From assembly GCA_965204595.1 (NCBI GenBank), contig CBDBEW010000014.1, forward strand, positions 498,872-562,871: 64,000 bases of DNA. Direction: 5' to 3'. Source of the stretch: Candidatus Aldehydirespiratoraceae bacterium (GTDB lineage Bacteria; Actinomycetota; Acidimicrobiia; Acidimicrobiales; Aldehydirespiratoraceae). Numbering within the stretch: position 1 is the first letter of the stretch; every line of letters starts with the position of its first letter. The notes beneath the pieces are model-generated. The model was not told where the DNA came from, did not search any database, and saw nothing but the letters and a program-made list of their open reading frames with translations. The position numbers and the translations under genes were made by a program. Below are positions 39,104 through 48,800 of this stretch, piece after piece.

Positions 39104-40510
39104 GTGTCTAGATGGGAACGTCTTGGTTTACGGGCAAGGATTACTTTGCTTTTTGCGTTGGGCGGTTTGTTGCTAGCTACCACCATTGGTTTGTTGACAC
39201 TAACTCTCACTAGGCGCAGTTTGCTCATTGAACGAGATGCGACAGCGTTAGCTTCCTTCGCTGAGAATGGTCAACGGTTTCAACGGCAAGTCGGTGATGA
39301 TCCGGCCGCAGAAGACGTAGCGGCGATTCTTGAGTCTTTGACAACTACCTCAGGGGCACTACCTTTGGTTCGTTTTCGTGACGAGTGGGTTGGCCTCAAC
39401 TTATTGGTTTTTAGCGAAGAAACTGTGCCTGCAACTCTTTTAGAACTTGTCTCACAAGATGCTGCGGGGCGTACCCGTGTTAATCTAAACGGTGAACCAG
39501 CCATTGTTAGTGGTGTGGCGTTGCCGGGGCGTGATGCCGCTTATTTTGAAGCGGTGTTGATTGGTGAAGTTGATGAAACTTTAAATTCCTTGGGTTTGAT
39601 CTTGTTGGTTGTCGGTACGGTGACCACGCTCGTTGCGGCCGCTTTTGGATTGTGGGCATCGCGGCGAGTGCTTAGGCCTCTAGCAGAAATTCGTTCTGCA
39701 GCTGAATCGCTAGCCGCAGGCAAACTCCATACCCGTCTTGACCCTCCCGCTGATTCAGATCTGGCCTCTTTGTCGGCTTCGTTCAACGGCATGGTTCAAT
39801 CACTTGAAGATCGCATTGAACGAGACACTCGCTTCGCATCGGAAGTCAGCCATGAACTGCGCTCGCCGTTAATGACCTTTAGCGCCTCTATAGAGGTGCT
39901 CAACAACGACCGAGGGCATATGTCACCACGCAGCCAGACTGCTTTGGCCTTGCTCACAGACGATGTTGCCCGCTTCACTCAGTTGGTAGAAAACCTGCTT
40001 GAGATAAGTGGCTACGATGTAGGTACAGCCGCTTTGCAAGCCGAACCAGTAAATTTTGCCGAATTCTTACGTCACGCAATTAGTTATTCCACAAGACCTG
40101 ATATTGCTCTATCGGTAAGCCGCGAAAATGAATCTTTGGTAATCATCGCCGACAAACGCAGGCTTGCTCAAGTGATAGCAAACTTGATTGATAATGCCGA
40201 CAAATATGGTGGCGGCAATGTTGAAATTGAGTTGTCAAGTAGGCAAGGCATGGCATATTTAGTTGTGCAAGACCATGGGCCTGGCGTGCCAGAGACAGAG
40301 CGGGCAGTTATTTTTGACCGCTTTAGTAGAGGTAGTTCTGGCGGCAGACGTGGGCACCATAGTGGTACAGGTTTAGGTTTGGCTCTAGTCGCAGAACATG
40401 TGAGATTGCACAATGGAACTGTTGAGGTGCATCAACGCCTTGATGGTCTACCTGGCGCGCGCATGGTTGTTGCCTTACCGATAAGCAGCGTCCACAGCGT
40501 TGAGCCATGA
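39104..40510 (+). CDS. HAMP-domain sensor histidine kinase (MtrB-like)
   Basis: Two TMs, HAMP, SHELRSPL, NLIDNA.KY, D.GPG and GTGLGL. Confidence 0.95.
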   Translation: MSRWERLGLRARITLLFALGGLLLATTIGLLTLTLTRRSLLIERDATALASFAENGQRFQRQVGDDPAAEDVAAILESLTTTSGALPLVRFRDEWVGLNLLVFSEETVPATLLELVSQDAAGRTRVNLNGEPAIVSGVALPGRDAAYFEAVLIGEVDETLNSLGLILLVVGTVTTLVAAAFGLWASRRVLRPLAEIRSAAESLAAGKLHTRLDPPADSDLASLSASFNGMVQSLEDRIERDTRFASEVSHELRSPLMTFSASIEVLNNDRGHMSPRSQTALALLTDDVARFTQLVENLLEISGYDVGTAALQAEPVNFAEFLRHAISYSTRPDIALSVSRENESLVIIADKRRLAQVIANLIDNADKYGGGNVEIELSSRQGMAYLVVQDHGPGVPETERAVIFDRFSRGSSGGRRGHHSGTGLGLALVAEHVRLHNGTVEVHQRLDGLPGARMVVALPISSVHSVEP

Positions 40511-41172
40511 TGGTTGAGGCGATGTTTTATCTACAGCGAGTTTGTTGCCGAGGTTGGTGGGTGGCTCTGTGCGTTGTGTTGTTGTGTTCTTGTTCGGTTC
40601 CAACTAATGGCTCAGCAACCGAAATCGCGATAGGCGATCTCCCCGAAAACCTGCGCCCTGGCTACACCACCACCACCACCACTGCCCCTGTCGTTCCAAC
40701 TGAGCCAGCCACGTTTTATCTAATCGACCAAGTCGAGTCAATTGTCGTGCCAGTGGTTAGAGAAATCCTGCCCCGAAGCACTATCGCTAGTCGCCTGCGA
40801 CCACTTTTTGATGAGTTTCGCACCGAAGAAGAACGAAATATGGGTTTAGTGAACCAACTGCTTGAATTCAACCTGCTTAGTGCCACACGTGACCGCGACC
40901 TGTTAACTATTAACATTACTCAAGATGATCCCCAAGCAGATGTTAGCCCTATTTTGTTGGAAGCTGTGGCTCAATTGGTTTGGAGTGCCACCGAAGAAGG
41001 CACCAACGTTAATCGGGTTCGGGTGTTGATAGATTCGCAACGTCAGACGCTACCAACAAGTGCTGAAACTACAGATGAAGATCAAACCGTTGATCGCAGC
41101 AACTACGCTTCCTTTGACCCTGAAATCCCAACCATAGTAATTCTCTCAGAAAGCCAACTTTCAACACCTTAG
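40507..41172 (+). CDS. GerMN-domain lipoprotein (LpqB N-terminal-like)
   Basis: Lipobox-like LCSCSVP, Thr run and AQLVWSATE...V.V.ID; coupled to the kinase. Confidence 0.75.
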   Translation: MMVEAMFYLQRVCCRGWWVALCVVLLCSCSVPTNGSATEIAIGDLPENLRPGYTTTTTTAPVVPTEPATFYLIDQVESIVVPVVREILPRSTIASRLRPLFDEFRTEEERNMGLVNQLLEFNLLSATRDRDLLTINITQDDPQADVSPILLEAVAQLVWSATEEGTNVNRVRVLIDSQRQTLPTSAETTDEDQTVDRSNYASFDPEIPTIVILSESQLSTP

Positions 41173-42197
41173 GCAAAGAAAGTGCGGGCAACCGCCAACA
41201 ATTCGGGGGAAACGAATTTCAGGTTGGCGACACATTCATCGAGGGGTCGTAGCACCACAGTGTTGTTATGAAACGCTACCATTTTGCCGTACTGCTCTTC
41301 ATGGACAGCTGTGATAGCTGCCACTCCATACCAAGTAGACAGGACCCTGTCCAACGCAGATGGTGTGCCACCTCGCTGCACATGCCCAAGTACGGTCACC
41401 CTGGTCTCAAAACCTGTACGTTTCTCGATTTCTTGGGCCACCACATTACAAATACCCCCCAACCTTGCATGTCCATATTCATCAATGGTTGGTTTAGTAA
41501 CCGCTAACGTGCCCGGCTGAGGAACCGCTCCTTCAGCAACCACCACTATGGAAGCAAAGCGCCCTCTCTTGTGACGGCGCATTAAAGAATCACAGACCGT
41601 TTTAATGTCAAAGGGTTCTTCGGGAACTAACACCATGGTAGCACCACCAGCAATACCGGCCCAAGTGGCGATGTGTCCTGCGTGACGACCCATAACCTCC
41701 ACAACTATTACTCGGTCATGGGATTCTGCTGTGGTGTGCAAACGGTCTATCGCATCGCTAGCAACCTGAACTGCGGTATCAAAACCAAAGGTTCTTTCGG
41801 TGCCACCAATGTCATTGTCGATAGTTTTTGGCACACCCACTAACGGTACGCCATCAGCATGCATACGCGCCGCAGCAGAGAGTGTCCCCTCTCCCCCAAT
41901 CACGATCAGAGCCTCAACTTCGTGTTTGCTAAGAGTGGTTTTCACACGCTCAACTCCATCGTCAAACATGTAGGGTTGGTACCTGCTAGTGCCAAGCATT
42001 GTGCCGCCGCGGGTTAGCACACCTCTGCAAGCTTCCACGGTTAATGGCATGAAACGGTTGTCTAGCAGCCCGCTCCAACCATCAAAAAAACCAACCGTCT
42101 CATCACCGTACTGCCTCTCCGCTTTGCGGACAATCGCTCTAATAACTGCGTTAAGTCCTGGGCAGTCGCCACCACCGGTTATCACTCCAACTTTCAC
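41169..42197 (-). CDS. pfkA: 6-phosphofructokinase (GGEG / PKTIDND type, likely ATP-dependent)
   Basis: TGGGDCPGLN, GGT.LG.SR, GGEGT, PKTIDND, EVMGR and LGHVQRGG; GTG at 42197 lies 7 nt after TAGGGT. Confidence 0.95.
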   Translation of the reverse strand: MKVGVITGGGDCPGLNAVIRAIVRKAERQYGDETVGFFDGWSGLLDNRFMPLTVEACRGVLTRGGTMLGTSRYQPYMFDDGVERVKTTLSKHEVEALIVIGGEGTLSAAARMHADGVPLVGVPKTIDNDIGGTERTFGFDTAVQVASDAIDRLHTTAESHDRVIVVEVMGRHAGHIATWAGIAGGATMVLVPEEPFDIKTVCDSLMRRHKRGRFASIVVVAEGAVPQPGTLAVTKPTIDEYGHARLGGICNVVAQEIEKRTGFETRVTVLGHVQRGGTPSALDRVLSTWYGVAAITAVHEEQYGKMVAFHNNTVVLRPLDECVANLKFVSPELLAVARTFFA

Positions 42198-42335
42198 CCC
42201 AACTACCCTACAACCCAAACCATTGTGAGAGCAGCCAATGTCGACAATCATGTTGATTAGCCACCGCAGTTGCGCTTGAGAATTCCCCTTTTGCTATCGG
42301 GAAATCTTTCTAACAGAAACAGCTAAGGTTTACAT

Positions 42336-43808
42336 GTGAGTGTTGTTTTGAGCATTGATGCTGGCACGACAGGCGTGAGAACTTTCGCAGTGAACCAACA
42401 AGGGGCAACTGTGGCTATGGCTTACCGGGAATTTACACAACATTTTCCCAAGCCTGGTTGGGTTGAACACGACCCTGAAGAAATATGGCAGGCGGTGCTC
42501 GCAACGCTCGCTGAAGTTATGCATAAACTTGATGAGACTGTTAGCACGATCGGCATAACAAATCAACGTGAAACAGTTGTGGTGTGGGATAAACGCAATG
42601 GCAGCCCCTTGCACAACGCCATCGTCTGGCAGGATCGACGGACTGCTAGCCGATGTGAAGAACTAAAAGAACAAGGACACCTTGAAATGGTGAGAATCGC
42701 CACAGGTTTAGTGCTTGATCCTTATTTTTCAGCGAGCAAACTGGAGTGGTTGTTTCGTTATGGTGGCATCACCCCCACAAGAACCCTTGCTGTGGGCACA
42801 ATAGACAGTTGGCTAATCTACAAACTCAGCGGCGGCAGCCACGTTACCGACACCAGCAACGCTAGCCGTACCATGTTGTTTGACACCAACAAAATGGCTT
42901 GGAGCGAGGAACTGTGCTCGCTATTTGGGGTGCCAGTTTCTGGGCTTGGTGAAGTAGTGCCTTCCTCGGGGCACCTAGCAGAAACCACCAGCGACATTCC
43001 AACTGGTGCAGGGGTGTCCATCAGTGGGGTTGCAGGTGATCAACAAGCTGCGTTATTTGGCCACAAATGTTTCGCGGTGGGGCAAGCCAAAAACACCTAC
43101 GGTACCGGATCATTTTTGTTGCTTCATGTCGGACTTAGCCGTCCCGAACCCATAGACGGTTTACTCTCAACGGTAGCTTGGACATATGGCGACAAAACCA
43201 CTTATGCATATGAAGGTTCCATCTTCATCACAGGCGCGGCAATACAATGGCTGCGCGATGGGATAGCGATCATTAGCGACGTTGCAGAAACCGAAAAACT
43301 CGCTACCTCAGTGAATGACAGCGGAGGAGTCATGTTTGTGCCCGCACTAGTCGGGCTAGGTTCACCACACTGGGACGCGCAAGCTAGGGGCACCATCATA
43401 GGCATAACCCGTGGCACGGGTCGCGGCGAAATCGCACGCGCCACCGTAGAAGCAATAGCCTTTCAGACTAGAGATGTTGTTGCTGCAATGACCAATGCGG
43501 CTGTTACCGAAATAACCCAACTGCGAGTCGATGGTGGAGCTTCAGTGATGGATTTTTTGATGCAACTGCAAGCCGATCAACTAGGTGTGCCGGTGATTAG
43601 AACTCCAATAGCTGAGACAACTGCGCTTGGTGCGGCGTATCTCGCTGGCTTAGCTAAAGGAGTGTGGGCTGACTTAGATGAAGTCGCTAGCCTCAACGAC
43701 AGAGGTGAGCAAACTTTCCAACCAAATCTAGACCGCAGCAAAGCCGAAGCTAGCTACATTCAATGGCAACGCGCTCTGGATCGCTCGCGCGCTTGGGCGA
43801 GCTGCTAG
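42336..43808 (+). CDS. glpK: Glycerol kinase
   Basis: D.GTT, GWVEHDP, GITNQRET, AIVWQDRRT, DPYFSA.K, TD.SNASRT, GDQQAALFG and KNTYGTG.F. Confidence 0.96.
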   Translation: MSVVLSIDAGTTGVRTFAVNQQGATVAMAYREFTQHFPKPGWVEHDPEEIWQAVLATLAEVMHKLDETVSTIGITNQRETVVVWDKRNGSPLHNAIVWQDRRTASRCEELKEQGHLEMVRIATGLVLDPYFSASKLEWLFRYGGITPTRTLAVGTIDSWLIYKLSGGSHVTDTSNASRTMLFDTNKMAWSEELCSLFGVPVSGLGEVVPSSGHLAETTSDIPTGAGVSISGVAGDQQAALFGHKCFAVGQAKNTYGTGSFLLLHVGLSRPEPIDGLLSTVAWTYGDKTTYAYEGSIFITGAAIQWLRDGIAIISDVAETEKLATSVNDSGGVMFVPALVGLGSPHWDAQARGTIIGITRGTGRGEIARATVEAIAFQTRDVVAAMTNAAVTEITQLRVDGGASVMDFLMQLQADQLGVPVIRTPIAETTALGAAYLAGLAKGVWADLDEVASLNDRGEQTFQPNLDRSKAEASYIQWQRALDRSRAWASC

Positions 43809-43818
43809 CTAGTTGCCT

Positions 43819-44274
43819 TCAACTGGTAGCCAATCGCTCCACGTACTTGGTGAACTCGTCAAGTGCAGTGCGCAACAAACGAGCTTCCGCACGCCGCTTA
43901 ACAAATCCCGGCAAAGCAACCTTGAGATCGACGGCTAAATGATAAACAACCTCAGTGGCGTTTGGATCTGAAAGCACAGGAAGAAACTCGTATTCACCAT
44001 CCAAGCGACGAGTGATGTCACCACTTTGTAAACGCCAAGCCAAGCGCCGCGGATTGGAACCGTAAAAGTAGCGCAAAGTGTAGGTCGTGCTGCGACCCAT
44101 CGCCGCAGCGCGATACTCAACATCCACCGCGCGCCCTTCCTCGTCACGAGAAAGCACCCTAGCCATCTTGATATCGCTAGCCCAAACTGGATAGCTCTCA
44201 AAGTCGATAACGGTCGCATAACACTGTTCAGGTGTAGCCATAATTGTTGTTTTCTGGGAAGCTTGATCAACCAT
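43819..44274 (-). CDS. SRPBCC / polyketide cyclase-like lipid-binding protein
   Basis: DFESYP.W, YTL.Y, L.W and LPGFVKRRAE; START-like fold size. Confidence 0.85.
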   Translation of the reverse strand: MVDQASQKTTIMATPEQCYATVIDFESYPVWASDIKMARVLSRDEEGRAVDVEYRAAAMGRSTTYTLRYFYGSNPRRLAWRLQSGDITRRLDGEYEFLPVLSDPNATEVVYHLAVDLKVALPGFVKRRAEARLLRTALDEFTKYVERLATS

Positions 44275-44332
44275 TGCGCGTCACCTTTCTAGCTTGCAAT
44301 CTCTCGCATGTCAAATGTAGCAATACGACCGC

Positions 44333-45463
44333 TCATCGTTGCGCCATATGTTCTAGTGTCACAGCTAGTTTTTCCGCCAAAGCATCGTAAGAAAAATCTT
44401 TTTCAACACGCTCACGGCTAGCTAATGCCATGGCTGCAAGCCTGTCTTTGTCTGCCAACAAATCGCTGATTAGTTTCGCGGTACCAGCCACATCCTTTGG
44501 ATCGTCAACAATTAAACCTGTTTCTCCTGCAGTTACCGCTTCGTGCGCTCCCCCACTACGACCTGCGACTTGAGGCACTCCTGAAGCTGCCGACTCTAAA
44601 AAAACGATCCCAAAACCCTCTTGTTCCAGCCCAGCCCAACGGCAGCGACACAACATCACAAATAAATCGCCACAACCATAGAGCATCTTTAGATCAGCTG
44701 TGGATAGCCGACCCATTAATTTAACCGGTGCATGCAAACGAGAAACGAGCTTCGACAACCTTAGTCGATCTCTGCCTGCACCAGCTATTGCCACGCACAG
44801 ATTAGGGTGTTGCTTGCGGATCACGATGGAAGCTTTAATCAGTGTGTCCATACCTTTGCGTGGCACCAGACGGCTAACGGAAACCAACAATGGCCCTTCG
44901 CTAGGCAACCCCAAGTTAGTGCGCGCTAACTGTTTAGCTTGAGTTCCGAGAGGCACAAAACTCTCGGTGTCCACACCTGGCGTGATTATGGCGCACCGAT
45001 GATTTGGGGCCAAAAATTGCTCAGTTTGTTGCGTTGCGTAGGCACCACCAGAAATAACTCCAACAGAATTTTTGAGCACCCGATTCAACCCAGCGCGCAA
45101 ACCAACAATTTTGGCAGGTACCGTCACCTCTGCTCCATGTAAAACAACCCCATAACCAACATTGAGATGAGGGCCAATCAAACCTGCAGGAATCGCGGGA
45201 TCTATGATCACCAGGCGAGCAGCATACTGCTGCACTATTTGATTGACTCGCCGAATTAGTAATGGCTGCGGTAAGAGCCACGGTTCACGACTGCGCAGAA
45301 CCTTAAACGGTTGCTGTGCGTCAAACGCGGCAGCTTGCTTGTGTGGTGTGGTATAGATCACCACATCTTCAGGAGGCAAGCGCCGCCAAAGTTCCCACAA
45401 GTAGTTTTGAATACCCCCGACTTTGGGCGGAAAATCGTTGGTCACTAATACGTGGCGAACCAA
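44333..45463 (-). CDS. GT4 glycosyltransferase, phosphatidylinositol mannosyltransferase PimB-like
   Basis: LVTNDFPP..GGIQ.Y, HGAE, SRLVPRKG.D and EGFGIVFLE.AA.GVP. Confidence 0.9.
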   Translation of the reverse strand: MVRHVLVTNDFPPKVGGIQNYLWELWRRLPPEDVVIYTTPHKQAAAFDAQQPFKVLRSREPWLLPQPLLIRRVNQIVQQYAARLVIIDPAIPAGLIGPHLNVGYGVVLHGAEVTVPAKIVGLRAGLNRVLKNSVGVISGGAYATQQTEQFLAPNHRCAIITPGVDTESFVPLGTQAKQLARTNLGLPSEGPLLVSVSRLVPRKGMDTLIKASIVIRKQHPNLCVAIAGAGRDRLRLSKLVSRLHAPVKLMGRLSTADLKMLYGCGDLFVMLCRCRWAGLEQEGFGIVFLESAASGVPQVAGRSGGAHEAVTAGETGLIVDDPKDVAGTAKLISDLLADKDRLAAMALASRERVEKDFSYDALAEKLAVTLEHMAQR

Positions 45464-45467
45464 ATCC

Positions 45468-46571
45468 TTACCTCAGTGCGTTGACAGGGCGTTGTAGTTC
45501 TGCTACCACAGTTGTGTTCTGCCTCATGGAGACATCAAGCATTCCCAAAAGGTCGTTGCGGTTAAGCTTACGCGTGGCCCAAACAGCGTGAGCTACCACG
45601 ATCTCGTTTTGGTGGGTCAACATCTCCACAAGAACGTTAACGGTTCGTTTGTCCTCACCAGCACCGATGTTGCCAAGTACAACTAGGGCGTTTCGGCGCA
45701 AGTAGTTGGGGTCACGATTGGCTATATACCAACGCCCGAACTGTTTCATTAACTCCTCATCGCTCAACTCCAGCATGTCTAAGATCGCAACCCATGGAGT
45801 ATCACCTTGCAAAGATGGCTTCTTGCGGCGAATGCGGTTAGGCGGACAAACATCCTGGCAGTCGTCGCAGCCATAAATGCGGTTGCCTAACAGTTCTCTA
45901 AACGATAGGGGGAACACACCCGGCGCCTGCAGGAGCCAAGCCAAACATTTGTTGGCATCCACCACCCCAGAGGCAATGATTGCTCCAGTTGGGCAGCCAT
46001 CTATGCATTTACGGCATGATTTGCAAGCATCTTCAACAACAGTTGGGTTAGGTTCAAGTGGCGCATTGGTGAGCACTGAGCCAAGTACCACCATGGAACC
46101 CACACCATGAATTAAAATATTTGAACTCTTACCCCACCAACCGATACCGGCACGATAAGCTACCGCCCGATCAACTAAGTTATTTTCATCGGCAACCACT
46201 TGTGCTTTAAAGCCATCTGACAACAAAGCTTCTGCAATTTTGAGAAGAGCTGAGCGCAACGCCGAGTAGTGATCTTGAGAACTGTAAGTTGCCACTTTAG
46301 CTAACGGTCGTTGCTCAGGTTCTGGCAACGGATACAGACGTTGATAATCATAGGCACCAACGATGATGGCTGTTGCGTCGTGCATGGTTTGGCGAGGGTT
46401 AGTCGACCTAGCCGGGTTGCGGTAGGTGAATTGCATTTGAGCACATAAGCCCTGCGATTTGCGTTGTTCAAGATCAACGCGTGTTTTGCTAAAGGGTTTC
46501 GCATCTGTGACACCGACAGCCGCTAAGCCAGCGGTGTGTCCAATGGCTACAATTTCAGCAACACCATGCAT
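45468..46571 (-). CDS. queG: tRNA epoxyqueuosine(34) reductase
   Basis: R..P motif, DR..A.RAG.GW.GK, C..C..C...CPT.A, C, GCD.CQ.VCP and the RNA.V.LGN HEAT tail. Confidence 0.93.
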   Translation of the reverse strand: MHGVAEIVAIGHTAGLAAVGVTDAKPFSKTRVDLEQRKSQGLCAQMQFTYRNPARSTNPRQTMHDATAIIVGAYDYQRLYPLPEPEQRPLAKVATYSSQDHYSALRSALLKIAEALLSDGFKAQVVADENNLVDRAVAYRAGIGWWGKSSNILIHGVGSMVVLGSVLTNAPLEPNPTVVEDACKSCRKCIDGCPTGAIIASGVVDANKCLAWLLQAPGVFPLSFRELLGNRIYGCDDCQDVCPPNRIRRKKPSLQGDTPWVAILDMLELSDEELMKQFGRWYIANRDPNYLRRNALVVLGNIGAGEDKRTVNVLVEMLTHQNEIVVAHAVWATRKLNRNDLLGMLDVSMRQNTTVVAELQRPVNALR

Positions 46572-46617
46572 TCCTTAAGCGTGGCATGAATATTGAGGCT
46601 TCAGACAAAAATAGTAC

Positions 46618-46893
46618 TTAAACAGCGTCGCGCCGTTCCGAAAACCTGTTGGATGGCAACAAACCGGCATCGTTTAGCATTCCGCAAGCTCGCCGCTCGT
46701 TGAAATCAAGCACAACCGGTTGGTTGGCATCGTGGTCAACAATGTAGCTAACAACGCAATCATCGCATGCTTTGGTGTGTTGCATCACACAACGGTTACA
46801 GTCGATTGTAAGCGCGCTTTGCTCAGGATTTGTTACTTCACGAACTGCTTCATGAGCTTTGTTTACTAGTTGTAGGTAGTTGATTTGTTTCAT
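46618..46893 (-). CDS. Small conserved 4-Cys protein (IDCxxC-x7-CxDC), 91 aa
   Basis: ATG at 46893 is preceded by a promoter-like TGTCAC-N10-TATTGT-N7; motif TIDCNRCVMQHTKACDDCVV and C-terminal L..AGLLP. Confidence 0.8.
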   Translation of the reverse strand: MKQINYLQLVNKAHEAVREVTNPEQSALTIDCNRCVMQHTKACDDCVVSYIVDHDANQPVVLDFNERRACGMLNDAGLLPSNRFSERRDAV

Positions 46894-46900
46894 GGTTAAC

Positions 46901-46922
46901 ACAATACGTGGGGGGTGTGACA
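46901..46922 (-). promoter_or_regulatory. PafBC/RecA-NDp-like promoter motif (site 1)
   Basis: Minus strand reads TGTCAC-ACCCCCCACG-TATTGT-GTTAACC-ATG, matching the TGTC..-N10-TANNNT architecture. Confidence 0.65.
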
Positions 46923-46993
46923 CTGCGAATTTACCGGATTTTCTACGGTCAACTAAGATTGAGGTGTTAGCCCGCACTTATGCAAGGTTGCTA

Positions 46994-47015
46994 TGTCACA
47001 ACCACTCGGCAAACT
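46994..47015 (+). promoter_or_regulatory. PafBC/RecA-NDp-like promoter motif (site 2)
   Basis: TGTCAC-AACCACTCGG-CAAACT-AATACG-ATG(47022), upstream of a DNA repair nuclease. Confidence 0.55.
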
Positions 47016-47021
47016 AATACG

Positions 47022-48800
47022 ATGACCGAACAAATGTTCGTTTACCAATCAAGTTTCGACGACCTAGGCACGCCCCTATCCGATGTTACCTTCGTTGTGA
47101 TCGACCTTGAAACAACCGGTGCCTCACCACGCAACAGTGCCGTCACCGAGGTCGGCGCGATTAAGGTGCGCGGTGGTGAATGTCTCGGCACATACCAAAC
47201 GTTGGTAGACCCGGGCCTCCCAATCCCACCAGAAATCACAGTACTCACAGGAATAACTCAAGCAATGGTGCTAAATGCACCTCGTATTACAGCAGTGTTG
47301 CCATCGCTTTTAGAGTTCTGTCATGGGGCGGTGATCGTTGGCCACAACGTTCGCTTTGATATGTCGTTTCTAAATGCGGCACTTCAGCAAAACGGCTACC
47401 CGAAGCTAACAGCACCTACTATCGACACACTAAGTTTGGCTCGGCGGTTGGTGCGTACTGAGGTTCCTAACTGCAAACTCAAAACGCTCGCTACTCGACT
47501 TAGGCTCAACCACCACCCAAGTCACCGGGCCCTTGATGACGCTTTCACAACAGCAGACCTTCTACATGTTCTCATTGAGCGAGCTACTGCGCTTGGCGTG
47601 CTTGGGCTTGAAGACTTGCTGCAACTACCAAAAATATCAGGCAATCCTCAAGCACATAAACTCAACCTAACCGAAAATCTACCTCGCAAGCCCGGTGTTT
47701 ATCTTTTTCGGGATGCACGCAACGATGTACTTTATGTGGGTAAGGCCACGAACTTGCGTGCCCGTGTGCGTAGCTACTTTTCCACCGATGACAGGCGAAA
47801 AGTGGCGCAACTGCTGCGCGAAACGCAGCGCATCGACCATCAGGTGTGTGCTAACGGGCTTGAAGCAGCAGTGCTAGAGATTCGTATGATTCACAAGTAC
47901 CTGCCTCGTTTCAATCGCCAAGGAACCGCTGCCCGCAAATACCCGTACATTAAATTGACTTTAAACGAGCACTTTCCACGCTTCTCTATTGTGCGCAAGG
48001 TTAGCGATGATGGTGCTCTTTATTTGGGTCCGCTGCCGTCAAGAAAAACCGCTAAACAATGCATTGAAGCTATCGAGAGTGTGTCAAAGGTTAGACGTTG
48101 CGGATTACCGTCACGCCGCAAACCATTCGCTAGTGAATGTATATCGGCTCAACTTGGAGTTTCGTGTTGCCCTTGTTCTGGAGCAACACCAGCAGCAGAG
48201 TATGACGCGGTAATCGCAGAGCTTGTGCAAAACTTGCTCTATTTCCCAGATCGTTTGCTTGTGCCATTAGCGGTGAAGATCGCTGAGTTGGCTGCACAAC
48301 AACGTTACGAAGAAGCAGTCGATGCCAGAAATCGCGCAGCAGCGTTAGTTCAACTATTGCAACGCCATAGGCGTTTTGATCTATTCAGACGCGCCCAACG
48401 GGTCCGTTTGTCGTTCGGTGAATCTTGGGTAGAACTCATTAATGGACAACTCTGGCAGAGTGGCACACCAGGAAGTTTGAATGGTTCTCTAGCCATTCCG
48501 ACATTACCAGGCTGCTCCGAATCACTTGCGAATGCGGTTGAACCTCTGCTTTTACCAAACGCAGTAGCAGGCGTTGCGTCCTCGGCTACGCAATATTTAG
48601 CGGTGCCGCAACGAAACGAAGCAGATGAGCTTTTAACCGTTGCTGCTTGGCTCGAACGCAACATTGACAAGGTAATCATTGAAGAAGTACAAGGCGTATT
48701 GGCAAGTCCTTTGCCCGCGCTGCCAACCTTCCAACCCGCTCAAAACAACAGTCACCGTCACAGCTCAAGCTACGGCGAGCTAATTTCGATGCAACATTAG
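47022..48800 (+). CDS. DEDDh 3'-5' exonuclease fused to a UvrC-like GIY-YIG endonuclease (Rv2191-like)
   Basis: DLETTG, GHNVRFD and HRALDDA; PGVYLF...LYVGKA.NLR.RVRSYF; Cys cluster and UVR-like EEA...R. Confidence 0.92.
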   Translation: MTEQMFVYQSSFDDLGTPLSDVTFVVIDLETTGASPRNSAVTEVGAIKVRGGECLGTYQTLVDPGLPIPPEITVLTGITQAMVLNAPRITAVLPSLLEFCHGAVIVGHNVRFDMSFLNAALQQNGYPKLTAPTIDTLSLARRLVRTEVPNCKLKTLATRLRLNHHPSHRALDDAFTTADLLHVLIERATALGVLGLEDLLQLPKISGNPQAHKLNLTENLPRKPGVYLFRDARNDVLYVGKATNLRARVRSYFSTDDRRKVAQLLRETQRIDHQVCANGLEAAVLEIRMIHKYLPRFNRQGTAARKYPYIKLTLNEHFPRFSIVRKVSDDGALYLGPLPSRKTAKQCIEAIESVSKVRRCGLPSRRKPFASECISAQLGVSCCPCSGATPAAEYDAVIAELVQNLLYFPDRLLVPLAVKIAELAAQQRYEEAVDARNRAAALVQLLQRHRRFDLFRRAQRVRLSFGESWVELINGQLWQSGTPGSLNGSLAIPTLPGCSESLANAVEPLLLPNAVAGVASSATQYLAVPQRNEADELLTVAAWLERNIDKVIIEEVQGVLASPLPALPTFQPAQNNSHRHSSSYGELISMQH

